DNA from: Candidatus Saccharimonadota bacterium
Lineage (GTDB): Bacteria; Pseudomonadota; Gammaproteobacteria; Enterobacterales; Enterobacteriaceae
DNA length: 32,000 nt
Assembly: GCA_041941765.1 (NCBI GenBank)
Contig: CP145869.1
Location: 300,001-332,000 of the forward strand
Direction: 5' to 3'
The notes under the pieces were generated by a model. It was not told where the DNA came from, made no database searches, and was given only the letters and a program-made list of their open reading frames with translations. The stretch's first letter is position 1. Each line of letters opens with the position of its first letter. The translations under genes were made by a program, and so were the position numbers. Of this stretch, positions 21,613-30,612 are shown in pieces.

Positions 21613-22553
21613 GAATGATATGTTTCTTTTATTTTTTTAATAGCTAATAATAAATTATTATTATCAATACTAAGAATTGTCAAAGCAGAAGTAATACATT
21701 TAGTTAAATCCATCAATACTTTTCCAAGGCCAATCTCAACAACAAGAGTTAGTTGGGTTTTTTTTATGATATACTCAATGCATTGAATCCATTGTACTGG
21801 ATTATATAATTGACGAACTAGAGCACTACGTATTTTGGCAGGGGACTGTTCACATTTGATATCTACATTATTTAAGAAAGGAATTTTTGGAACCATGATA
21901 TTTATTTCTTCCAATTGATTGGCAAATTTTTTTGCCATTGGTTTAAGTAAATCACAGTGTGAACAAATATTCATAGGAAATGGTATTATTTTAGCTCCCG
22001 CAGCTTTACACGCCCAACCTACACGCATAACTGCATTTTTATGTCCCGATATAACAATTTGTTTTGGTGAATTCAAACTGGCTAAACTAACTATTTGACC
22101 TAAAGCTTGAACTTTGCAAAGTTCAATAATAGTTTTTTGATTTAATCCTATAATTATTAACATTGCTCCTTTCTGTGTTAAGGCTATTTCTTCCATCATT
22201 TTTCCACGCAGTTCTACTAAAGAAACAGCGTCATTAAATTTAATGGTTTCACTACAGACTAAAGCAGAATATTCTCCTAAACTATGACCTACTAATATTG
22301 TAGGTGTTGGTCCTTCTAATTGTTTCCATAATCTAAAAATAGCTACCGAACTGGTTAATACAAGTGGCTGAATTTCTCTGGAATGTAGTTCTTTTATACG
22401 ACCTGTTTCTATGAATTTCCATAAATCATATTTTAAAGTTTCGGAAGCTTCATAAAAAGTTTGCTTAATAATAGGAAAAAGTCTTGCTAAGTTGATTAAT
22501 TTATCTATAGATTGTGATCCGTGTCCGGGAAACATCATTGCAAATGGTATCAT
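21609..22553 (-). CDS. fabD: Malonyl-CoA:ACP transacylase
   Basis: FA..FPG.GSQ, active-site GHSLGEYSALV, and V.W..C.......G......E.G.GKVL..L.K are present. 314 aa versus 309 in E. coli. Its position between fabH and fabG is conserved. Confidence 0.93.
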   Translation of the reverse strand: MIPFAMMFPGHGSQSIDKLINLARLFPIIKQTFYEASETLKYDLWKFIETGRIKELHSREIQPLVLTSSVAIFRLWKQLEGPTPTILVGHSLGEYSALVCSETIKFNDAVSLVELRGKMMEEIALTQKGAMLIIIGLNQKTIIELCKVQALGQIVSLASLNSPKQIVISGHKNAVMRVGWACKAAGAKIIPFPMNICSHCDLLKPMAKKFANQLEEINIMVPKIPFLNNVDIKCEQSPAKIRSALVRQLYNPVQWIQCIEYIIKKTQLTLVVEIGLGKVLMDLTKCITSALTILSIDNNNLLLAIKKIKETYHS

Positions 22554-22575
22554 TTGAATATAATAAAATAAATCA

Positions 22576-23520
22576 TTAAAAAAGAATTAATGCAGATCCC
22601 CAGGTTAATCCTGCTCCAAAAGCTTCTAATAATATCAATTGTTTTGGTTGAATACGTCCATCTCGTACTGCTTCATCTAGCGCAGTTGGTATAGAAGCGG
22701 AAGAAGTATTTCCGTATCGATCCAGGGTAATAATAATTTTTTCTTTATTTAATTTTAATTTTTTAATAATTGCATTAATAATTCGCAAATTAGCTTGATG
22801 TGGTATTATCCAATTTAAAGCATGAACTCTTATTTGATTAGCATTTAATGTTTCAGAAATTAAATCGGTTAATTTATTAATAGCCATTTTAAATAATGGT
22901 TTTCCTTTCATAATTAAATCACCTAAAGAATTTTTAAATTGTAATTTTAGTAAGTCTTGATAACGTCCATCAGCATGTAAATGTGTAGATAAAATCCCGG
23001 CAGTTTTACTAAATCCTAAAATTACAGCACCTGCACCATCACCAAACAAAATAATTGTTTTGTGATCATTAGGATCTAATATTTTGGTAAGTGTATCTGA
23101 ACCAATCACTAGAGCATATTGAACTATACGATTTTTAATATATTGATCTGCTATGCTGATAGCATAGATAAAACCTGTACAAGCAGCAGCTACGTCAAAA
23201 GCTGCAATGCCATGTTCATGAATTCCTAGCATATTTTGAACCATACACGCTGAACTTGGAAATACATAATTAGAAGTAGTGGTAGCCACAATAATTAATC
23301 CAAGATGATTTTTATTAATTCCTGCCATAATAATTGCTTTTTGTGCAGCATAAAAACCCATTGAGGCTACAGAATCTTTTAGACCCGCTATATGACGTTT
23401 TCTAATTCCTGTTCTTGCAATAATCCAATTATTATTAATCTTAAGGTTTTTTTCTAAATCTGTATTTGTGAGTATTTGTTCTGGAAAATAACTCCCCGTT
23501 CCAATTATTTTAGTATACAT
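22576..23520 (-). CDS. fabH: 3-oxoacyl-ACP synthase III
   Basis: [14 protein letters not shown] is identical in pattern to the E. coli N-terminus. Active-site Cys context [19 protein letters not shown] and the C-terminal LLEAFG.G.TWGSAL..F are present. Confidence 0.95.
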   Translation of the reverse strand: MYTKIIGTGSYFPEQILTNTDLEKNLKINNNWIIARTGIRKRHIAGLKDSVASMGFYAAQKAIIMAGINKNHLGLIIVATTTSNYVFPSSACMVQNMLGIHEHGIAAFDVAAACTGFIYAISIADQYIKNRIVQYALVIGSDTLTKILDPNDHKTIILFGDGAGAVILGFSKTAGILSTHLHADGRYQDLLKLQFKNSLGDLIMKGKPLFKMAINKLTDLISETLNANQIRVHALNWIIPHQANLRIINAIIKKLKLNKEKIIITLDRYGNTSSASIPTALDEAVRDGRIQPKQLILLEAFGAGLTWGSALILF

Positions 23521-23563
23521 TAATCATCCTTATTACAATTTTATCATCAAGAAAGCATAATAA

Positions 23564-23749
23564 TTACTTTTTCTTCTTTCTCAGAATTTTTTTACCTCGA
23601 TAATAACCATCAGATGTTACATGATGACGTAGATGAATCTTACCAGTTTTTTTTTCTATAGATAATGATTGCATTTTTATAGTCATTTTATCATGGGAAC
23701 GTCGCATACCTCGTTTTGAACGAGACGATTTATTTTGTTGTACAGCCAT
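23564..23749 (-). CDS. rpmF: 50S ribosomal protein L32
   Basis: [18 protein letters not shown] and [13 protein letters not shown] match E. coli L32. 61 aa, with a Lys-rich C-terminal extension. Confidence 0.95.
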   Translation of the reverse strand: MAVQQNKSSRSKRGMRRSHDKMTIKMQSLSIEKKTGKIHLRHHVTSDGYYRGKKILRKKKK

Positions 23750-23831
23750 AATTTTCTTCTCTTTTAAAAAGTATTATTTAATACAAAATAACAGAAAAAT
23801 ATCAATATTTTAAATAATATATAAATTAAAT

Positions 23832-24800
23832 TCAGTTACGTAGTTTTGATAAATATTCTTTTAAGTCTTGGTTTAATGGAGCTGTAATACATATAGTTGT
23901 TTTTAAAACTGGATGAACAAAAACAATTGATGAAGAATGCAAAAATAGACGATTTAAACCATTTTTAGCCATTTGTTGATTTAATTTATAATCTCCATAA
24001 AGTTTATCAAAAGCAATAGGATATCCTGCATATTGTGTATGAACACGTATTTGATGTGTGCGACCTGTTATAGGTTTTACTTTAAGTAAAGTAGCTTGTT
24101 TGTCATAGAAATATTCTTTTATACTAAAAAGAGTTTTTGATATTTTACCTTTTATCTTATCTACAGATACTATATGTGCACCATTATAAGTAATATTTTT
24201 TTTTAGTGGAACCTGTATAATTGTGAGTTTAGATGGCCATATTCCGCAAACTAAAGCATAATAAGATTTCTTTACCTGATTACTACGAAATTGTTCATGT
24301 AATAAGCGTAAGACTAATTTTTTTTTTGCAAAAAGCAATATTCCAGAAGTGTCACGATCTAGACGATGAACTAGTTCTAAAAAAGATAAATTTGGTAATA
24401 AAGTTCTTAATATATCAATTATACTAAATTTTAGTCCACTACCTCCATGAACTGCTATACCAGAAGGTTTATTAATAGCTAAAATATAATTATCATTATA
24501 CAAAATAGCATTATTTAATAAATCAAGTAATTTTTTAGGAATTGAAAAATGATCAATTTTTTGATTGGGATAAATAAGTGTAGGAATATATACTTCATCT
24601 CTTAACGATAATTTATAAGTATGATGAATACGTTTTTTATTTACTCTTATTTTTCTATGACGTAATAATTTATAAATTAAGTTTTTTGGTATACCTTTTA
24701 ATTTACTATGTAAAAAATTGTCTATACGTCTACCACTTTCATTTTCATCCACTGTAATAAAATAATAAGGCAATTTCGTTGATGTTATATTAGTTTTCAT
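23832..24800 (-). CDS. rluC: 23S rRNA pseudouridine synthase RluC
   Basis: S4-like N-terminus (GRRIDNFL...LKG.PK..IYK.LR), catalytic motif LELVHRLDRDTSG.LL.AKK, and TGRTHQIRVHTQYAG.PIAFD..YGD are present. It is divergent from rne as in E. coli. Confidence 0.9.
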   Translation of the reverse strand: MKTNITSTKLPYYFITVDENESGRRIDNFLHSKLKGIPKNLIYKLLRHRKIRVNKKRIHHTYKLSLRDEVYIPTLIYPNQKIDHFSIPKKLLDLLNNAILYNDNYILAINKPSGIAVHGGSGLKFSIIDILRTLLPNLSFLELVHRLDRDTSGILLFAKKKLVLRLLHEQFRSNQVKKSYYALVCGIWPSKLTIIQVPLKKNITYNGAHIVSVDKIKGKISKTLFSIKEYFYDKQATLLKVKPITGRTHQIRVHTQYAGYPIAFDKLYGDYKLNQQMAKNGLNRLFLHSSSIVFVHPVLKTTICITAPLNQDLKEYLSKLRN

Positions 24801-24981
24801 AATTATAAAAATAATAATAGTATAATATTATTTTGTTTTCTCAGTCAGCTATTTGTTCAATTATTCACAAATATTCTTTAATCAAATCCTAAAAATCATG
24901 ATTTATCAGAAATTTTTCTATGTGAATCAATAACACATTTTTTAGACAATATTCTTTATTATTAATAATGAGTAAACCAAA

Positions 24982-26739
24982 ATGAAAAGAATGTTAATCA
25001 ATGCAACTAACCAAGAAGAATTGCGAATCGCAATTGTTGAGGGTCAACAATTATGCGATATAGATATTGAATATAGGGGATATGAACATAAAAAAGCTAA
25101 TATTTATAAAGGAAAAATTATTCATATTGAACCGAGTTTACAAGCAGCTTTTGTTGATTATGGTATGAAAAAACATGGTTTTTTACCTTTAAGAGAAGTT
25201 TCTAAAGAATATTTTTCTGAAAATTATTCATCATTATTACAACAAAAACGTTTAAATATAAAAGAGATTTTATGTGAAGGACAAGAAATTATTGTCCAAA
25301 TTAATAAAGAAGAACGTGGTAATAAAGGAGCTGCATTAACTACTTTAATAAGTCTAGCCGGAAGTTTTTTAGTATTAATGCCTAATAATTCCAAAGCTAT
25401 GGGAATTTCTCGTAGAATTGAAGGAAAAAAACGTTTTGAAATAAAAAAAATAATATCTTCTTTAAGAATACCTAATGGTATGAGTGTAATAATACGAACG
25501 GCAGGTATTGGAAAATCTCTTGAAACCTTACAATTAGATTTAAATTTACAATTAAACCAGTGGCAAAATATTAAAAATAAAGCAAATACTACAATAGCAC
25601 CATGTCTTCTTTATCAAGATAGTAATGTAATGTTACGAGCTTTTCGTGATTATTTATATCAAGATATTTTGGAGATATTAATTGATAATCCTCAAATGTT
25701 TGAATTAGCCAAAAAACAAATTCTTGAATTAGGAAGAGGGGATTTTATTAAAAAAATGAAGTTATATTCTGGTCCAAAACCACTGTTTAGTTATTATCAA
25801 ATAGAATCACAAATTGAATCAGCGTTTCAGAGAGAAGTAAATCTTCCATCAGGAGGTTCTATTATAATTGAGACTACTGAAGCTTTAACTGCAATTGATA
25901 TTAATTCATCTAGATCTACTCGTTGTAACAATCTTGAAGAAACTGCCTTTTATACCAATTTAGAAGCAGCAGATGAAATTGCTCGTCAATTACGTTTACG
26001 TGATTTAGGAGGATTAATAGTTATTGATTTTATTGATATGATAACCAACGTTCATCAACGTACAGTACAATCACGTTTACGTGAAGCTATTAGTCAAGAT
26101 CGTGCACGTATTCAAATAGGTAAGATTTCTCGATTAGGATTACTAGAAATGTCACGTCAAAGATTAAGTCCTTCTCTTAGAGAATCTAATCATCATATAT
26201 GTCCTAGATGTCAAGGAACAGGCTTAGTACGAGATAATGAATCACTTTCCCTCGCAATTTTACGTTTGATTGAAGAGCAAGCTATACAATATAATACTAA
26301 AGAAGTACATGCTATAGTACCGGTAGATATTGCTTCTTATCTTTTAAATGAAAAACGTGGTATAATATCTACAATAGAACAACAATCATTACCACAAATT
26401 GTTCGTGTTGTTATTGTGCCCAATGCAGAAATGAAAAGACCAGATTATTTGGTCTACAGAATTAAATTGGGTGAAGAAAGGGCAACGATAAGAAGTGTTT
26501 TATTCCCTAAAATTAATCGTTCACGTATCATATCATCTCAATTGATTACTTCTAAATACATAAAAAATATCAAACAAAAAGCTCAAATGAATTATTTTCA
26601 TCAGTTCTATTTGTTGATTAAAAATCAGTCAAAAAAAAAATTGCTCAATTTAATTAATAAAATAGTTCTTTTAAAGTGTTTAAGAAAACTATTCAAAAAA
26701 CTTTTTTTAGTAGTAATAATTCCTTTTGAAATAACTTAA
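24982..26739 (+). CDS. rne: Ribonuclease E, catalytic N-terminal half only (585 aa; E. coli 1061 aa)
   Basis: MKRMLINAT.QEELR.A.V.GQ, S1 domain KANIYKGKI..IEPSL.AAFVDYG, EERGNKGAALTT.ISLAGS.LVLMPNN, catalytic AIDINS and VIDFIDM, and Zn-link CPRCQGTG.VRDNESLSL.ILRLIEE are present. Similarity ends shortly after ...YRIKLGEE. The stop at 26737-26739 lies 52 bp from convergent murJ. Confidence 0.93.
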   Translation: MKRMLINATNQEELRIAIVEGQQLCDIDIEYRGYEHKKANIYKGKIIHIEPSLQAAFVDYGMKKHGFLPLREVSKEYFSENYSSLLQQKRLNIKEILCEGQEIIVQINKEERGNKGAALTTLISLAGSFLVLMPNNSKAMGISRRIEGKKRFEIKKIISSLRIPNGMSVIIRTAGIGKSLETLQLDLNLQLNQWQNIKNKANTTIAPCLLYQDSNVMLRAFRDYLYQDILEILIDNPQMFELAKKQILELGRGDFIKKMKLYSGPKPLFSYYQIESQIESAFQREVNLPSGGSIIIETTEALTAIDINSSRSTRCNNLEETAFYTNLEAADEIARQLRLRDLGGLIVIDFIDMITNVHQRTVQSRLREAISQDRARIQIGKISRLGLLEMSRQRLSPSLRESNHHICPRCQGTGLVRDNESLSLAILRLIEEQAIQYNTKEVHAIVPVDIASYLLNEKRGIISTIEQQSLPQIVRVVIVPNAEMKRPDYLVYRIKLGEERATIRSVLFPKINRSRIISSQLITSKYIKNIKQKAQMNYFHQFYLLIKNQSKKKLLNLINKIVLLKCLRKLFKKLFLVVIIPFEIT

Positions 26740-26791
26740 CGAATAATTCTAATTATTAAAAATATCTATAGATAAAAATTATTGGGAATTA

Positions 26792-28330
26792 TTACTTTTT
26801 AGATAATAAAGATAAATCGCTTAAGCGGAAACCCAATAAGAATAACATTATAAAATAAATTGAAGCCCCTATTAAAATAACAGCTATCATACGTAACATA
26901 CGTAAAAACATAATATCATTTTGCCAATTTGGCATTATATTAATAATTATTAATAATGTTAGTCCCATTATTATTACTGCAATAATTAGTCTGAGTAAAA
27001 ATATTCCCCAACTGGGTTGGGGAATATAATATCTTTTTTTTATTAATTGCCAATAAAGAAGAATAGCATTTAAACAAGCGGAAAAACTTACTGATAGAGA
27101 TAATCCAATTTGTTGTAATGAACCTAAAAATAACCAGGTAACTAATTGACTTATAACAAGTGTGAAAAGTGCAAGTTTTACTGGAGTTTTTATATCTTGA
27201 TGAGAGTAGAATCCCGTGACTAAAACTTTTATCAACATTATACCAATTAATCCTAGTGTATAAGATACAAGTATTTGTTGTGTCATAAAAGTGTCAAATG
27301 CAGTAAATTTTCTATATTGAAAAAGTACTATAATTAAAGGTTGTGCTAATACTCCTAATGCTACTGCACTAGGAACAGCCAAAAGTAAACATATTCTTAA
27401 TCCACGATCTAAAAGTATTGAATACTCATTATATTGATGATGATTACATTTCTTAGTAAGATGTGGTAATAAAATAGTACCTAGTGTGACTCCTAATACT
27501 CCTGAAGGAAATGCCATTATTCTCTCCGCATAATACATCCAGGAAATAGATCCTGAAACAAAAAAAGAAGCAAACATTGTATTAATAATAATTGATAATT
27601 GGTTAGCCGAAACTCCAATAATGGCTGGTACCATTTGTTTTAAAACTCTCAATACTCCTATATCATAAAAATTAATACGAGGAATAACTAACATTCCAAT
27701 CTTTTTTAAAAATGGAAGTTGGTAAATTAATTGTAATAGACCACCAATTAATACCGCCCAAGCTAAAGCTAATATGGGATGATTAAAATAAGGAGATATA
27801 TATAATGCTGATACGATTATACTAATATTTAGTAAAGTAGGGGCAAATGCTGGAATAGAAAAATAGTTCCATATATTAAGAATGGCACCTGCCATAGAGG
27901 CTAATGAGATTAAAAATATATAAGAAAAAGTAATTCTCAGTAAAGATGAAGTTAATGTAAATTGATAATATGAATGACTAAATCCTGGAGCTGTAACTAA
28001 AATAATCCATGGTGCTGCTAACACTCCACATATACTAATTATTGCTAACACCAGCATGAGCATTCCAGAAATCCAAGCTATTAGTAATTGTGTAGAAGTT
28101 TTACTCCGTTTAGTTTTATATTCTGTTAAGATTGGAATAAAAGCTTGTGAAAATGCTCCTTCTGCAAAAATTTTTCGTAAGACATGAGAAAATTTTAGAG
28201 CTACAAAAAAAGCATCTGTTTCCATCCCCACACCAAAAACAGTTGCAATAATACTATCTCTAACAAATCCTAATATACGTGAAATACACGTTATAATACT
28301 AACACATACTAACGATTTTAAAAACTTCAT
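26792..28330 (-). CDS. murJ: Lipid II flippase MurJ (MviN)
   Basis: 512 aa (E. coli 511). LKSL...S..T..SR.LGF.RD.I.A..FG.GM.TDAFFVA.K....[55 protein letters not shown] and QDIKTPVK are colinear along the full length. Confidence 0.93.
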   Translation of the reverse strand: MKFLKSLVCVSIITCISRILGFVRDSIIATVFGVGMETDAFFVALKFSHVLRKIFAEGAFSQAFIPILTEYKTKRSKTSTQLLIAWISGMLMLVLAIISICGVLAAPWIILVTAPGFSHSYYQFTLTSSLLRITFSYIFLISLASMAGAILNIWNYFSIPAFAPTLLNISIIVSALYISPYFNHPILALAWAVLIGGLLQLIYQLPFLKKIGMLVIPRINFYDIGVLRVLKQMVPAIIGVSANQLSIIINTMFASFFVSGSISWMYYAERIMAFPSGVLGVTLGTILLPHLTKKCNHHQYNEYSILLDRGLRICLLLAVPSAVALGVLAQPLIIVLFQYRKFTAFDTFMTQQILVSYTLGLIGIMLIKVLVTGFYSHQDIKTPVKLALFTLVISQLVTWLFLGSLQQIGLSLSVSFSACLNAILLYWQLIKKRYYIPQPSWGIFLLRLIIAVIIMGLTLLIIINIMPNWQNDIMFLRMLRMIAVILIGASIYFIMLFLLGFRLSDLSLLSKK

Positions 28331-28418
28331 TTTATGATTCTATATAGAATAATACTATATGTATTCTATTTAGTACCTTTTATTATATATATTGTTTGAG
28401 AAGTTCAAATCTATTATT

Positions 28419-29828
28419 TTAGAATCCATTTTCATAGGTTTTTTTATATCTCCAATTAGTTCCATGTATACCATCTTCAATGATTATGCCCATACTTCTT
28501 AATTTATCACGTATAATATCAGCATTTTTCCATTTGTGATGTTTACGAAAATAATTTCGTTTTATAATTAATGCTTTAATGAGATTAATATCAATATTAT
28601 CATATTTTTGGTTTTGTAAAAAAATATTAGGATCTTGTTGTAACAATCCTAAAATTCCTGCTAGGTGACGTAACCGTAAACATAAGTTATTTACAATATT
28701 TAATTTTTTTTGGTTTTTATAAAATTCTATTTTTCGTACTAAATGAAATAAAACTGCAAATGCTTGTGGAGTATTAAAATCATCATCCATAGCTAATTGA
28801 AATTGTTTGTCAAAATGATCAATATCTATAATAGATTGATCAGAATTATTAGAATCTTTAATAGTATTAATTAATAATGCTTTATAGAGACGAGTTAAAG
28901 CTATATGTGCTTGTTTAATTCCTATCTCACTATATATTAATGGACTACGATAATGATTAGCTATCATAAAATAACGAAGAGTTTCTGAATTATGATATTT
29001 TAGTGCTTCTTGAATAGTTAAAACATTATTTAATGATTTAGACATTTTTTCATTTTCAATAAAAACTATACCTGAATGTATCCAATAATTAACATACTTA
29101 TTATTAATACATGATGATTGTGCAATTTCATTTTCATGATGAGGAAAAATTAAATCTATTCCTCCTCCATGAATGTCAAAAGGTTGTCCTAAATATTTAC
29201 TATTCATAGCTGAACATTCAATATGCCATCCAGGACGACCTTTTCCCCATGGAGAATTCCAACCAATTTGGTTATTATAAGATTTTTTCCACAAAATAAA
29301 ATCCATTGGATTATGTTTAATGAGATTGGTTTTAAACTTTAGTTGAGTTATATTTTGACGTGAAAGATGTCCATAAAAGGGATAACTATTAATATCAAAT
29401 AAAATATCACCATTAGATGAAATATAAGCATATTTTTGTATTAAAAGATTTTTAATAAAATTTATTATTTCCTCAATATGATGAGTTGCACGCGGTTCAA
29501 TATCAGGTGACAAAAGATTCAATGCGGCAAAATCGCGATGCATTTGAAATATCATACGATTTGTTAGTTGTTCTATAGACTCTTTATTATCCAAAGCACG
29601 TTGAATAATTTTATCATCAATATCAGTTATATTTCGTACATATTTAACTTTATAACCACAATATCGTAAATAACGTACAATAATATCAAAAATCATAAAA
29701 GTACGACCATGACCTATATGACATAAATCATAAACTGTTACTCCACATACATACATGCTTATTTCATTTGAATTAATGGGTTTAAATCTCTCTTTTTTAT
29801 GACTTAAAGTGTTATAGATTTTCAGCAT
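28419..29828 (-). CDS. cysS: Cysteine--tRNA ligase
   Basis: MLKI.NTL...KE.FKPI......MYVCG.TVYDLCHIGHGRTF (HIGH), YVRNITDIDDKII.RA, GRPGWHIECSAM, DIHGGG.DL.FPHHENEIAQS, KMSKSL and AMDDDFNTP.A..VLF are present. Confidence 0.95.
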   Translation of the reverse strand: MLKIYNTLSHKKERFKPINSNEISMYVCGVTVYDLCHIGHGRTFMIFDIIVRYLRYCGYKVKYVRNITDIDDKIIQRALDNKESIEQLTNRMIFQMHRDFAALNLLSPDIEPRATHHIEEIINFIKNLLIQKYAYISSNGDILFDINSYPFYGHLSRQNITQLKFKTNLIKHNPMDFILWKKSYNNQIGWNSPWGKGRPGWHIECSAMNSKYLGQPFDIHGGGIDLIFPHHENEIAQSSCINNKYVNYWIHSGIVFIENEKMSKSLNNVLTIQEALKYHNSETLRYFMIANHYRSPLIYSEIGIKQAHIALTRLYKALLINTIKDSNNSDQSIIDIDHFDKQFQLAMDDDFNTPQAFAVLFHLVRKIEFYKNQKKLNIVNNLCLRLRHLAGILGLLQQDPNIFLQNQKYDNIDINLIKALIIKRNYFRKHHKWKNADIIRDKLRSMGIIIEDGIHGTNWRYKKTYENGF

Positions 29829-29919
29829 TATTATAAAAATATAAATAATTGTAATTAATGTAATGCGATTTAATAAATTATTAAATAATGATAGAATTTT
29901 TATAAATAAAAAATGTTAA

Positions 29920-30597
29920 TTAATTTAATAAATTTGTTAATGCTATATTAACGATTGATGATTCAGAACTACCATCTATTTTAAAATACTGAATTAATCC
30001 CATTTGAGCTTCTTGTTTATAAAAAGAAATTAAAGGAATCATTTGCTTATGATATTCTTTTAAACGTTTATGTATTATATTTTCATGATCATCAAATCGA
30101 TGATAAAGCTTTTCACCCGTGAGATCATCTTTATCCTTTATTTTTGGAGGATAAAATTTAGTATGATAAATTCTTCCTGAAGACAAGTGTATTCTACGTC
30201 CAAGAAGACGTTCAACTAGAATATTATCAGATACAACTAATTCTAAAAAATAATCCAATTTAATACCTGATTTTTTCAATGCTTGTGCTTGTAATATAGT
30301 TCTTGGAAAACCATCTAATAAAAATCCTTTCTTACAATCTGTATGAGATAAACGTTTTATAATTAAATTGATTACCAGTTTATCATTAACTAAATTTCCT
30401 ATAGACATAGATTGATAAATTTTTTTACTGATATCATTATCTTCTAATTTAGCATAAGTACGTAAAATATTACTAGTAGAAATAATTGGAATACTATATT
30501 TATTACTAATAAATTGTGCTTGAGTACCTTTTCCACTTCCTGGAGCGCCAATTAAAATTATACTTTTTTGGTAACCATTCGACATTTTACTACTCAT
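29920..30597 (-). CDS. adk: Adenylate kinase
   Basis: IIL.GAPG.GKGTQAQFI..KY.IP.IST, GFLLDGFPRT..QA.A.K..GI..DY.LE, the LID region GRR.H..SGR.YH.KF.PPK...KDD.TGE.L and KRL.EYH are present. The N-terminus is about 10 aa longer than E. coli; the Met at 30585 is an alternative start. Confidence 0.92.
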   Translation of the reverse strand: MSSKMSNGYQKSIILIGAPGSGKGTQAQFISNKYSIPIISTSNILRTYAKLEDNDISKKIYQSMSIGNLVNDKLVINLIIKRLSHTDCKKGFLLDGFPRTILQAQALKKSGIKLDYFLELVVSDNILVERLLGRRIHLSSGRIYHTKFYPPKIKDKDDLTGEKLYHRFDDHENIIHKRLKEYHKQMIPLISFYKQEAQMGLIQYFKIDGSSESSIVNIALTNLLN

Positions 30598-30612
30598 AAA
30601 TAAATTACTCTT

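Noticed and set aside
24233-24427. 64-aa ORF antisense to rluC
   Set aside because: This is a shadow ORF inside rluC.
24821-24826. Perfect TATAAT hexamer upstream of rne, and similar -10/-35-like hexamers in other spacers, as promoter calls
   Set aside because: There is no acceptable -35 at 16-18 bp. In DNA this AT-rich, TATAAT-like hexamers occur everywhere, including inside genes. Sequence alone cannot discriminate promoters here, so I did not annotate any.
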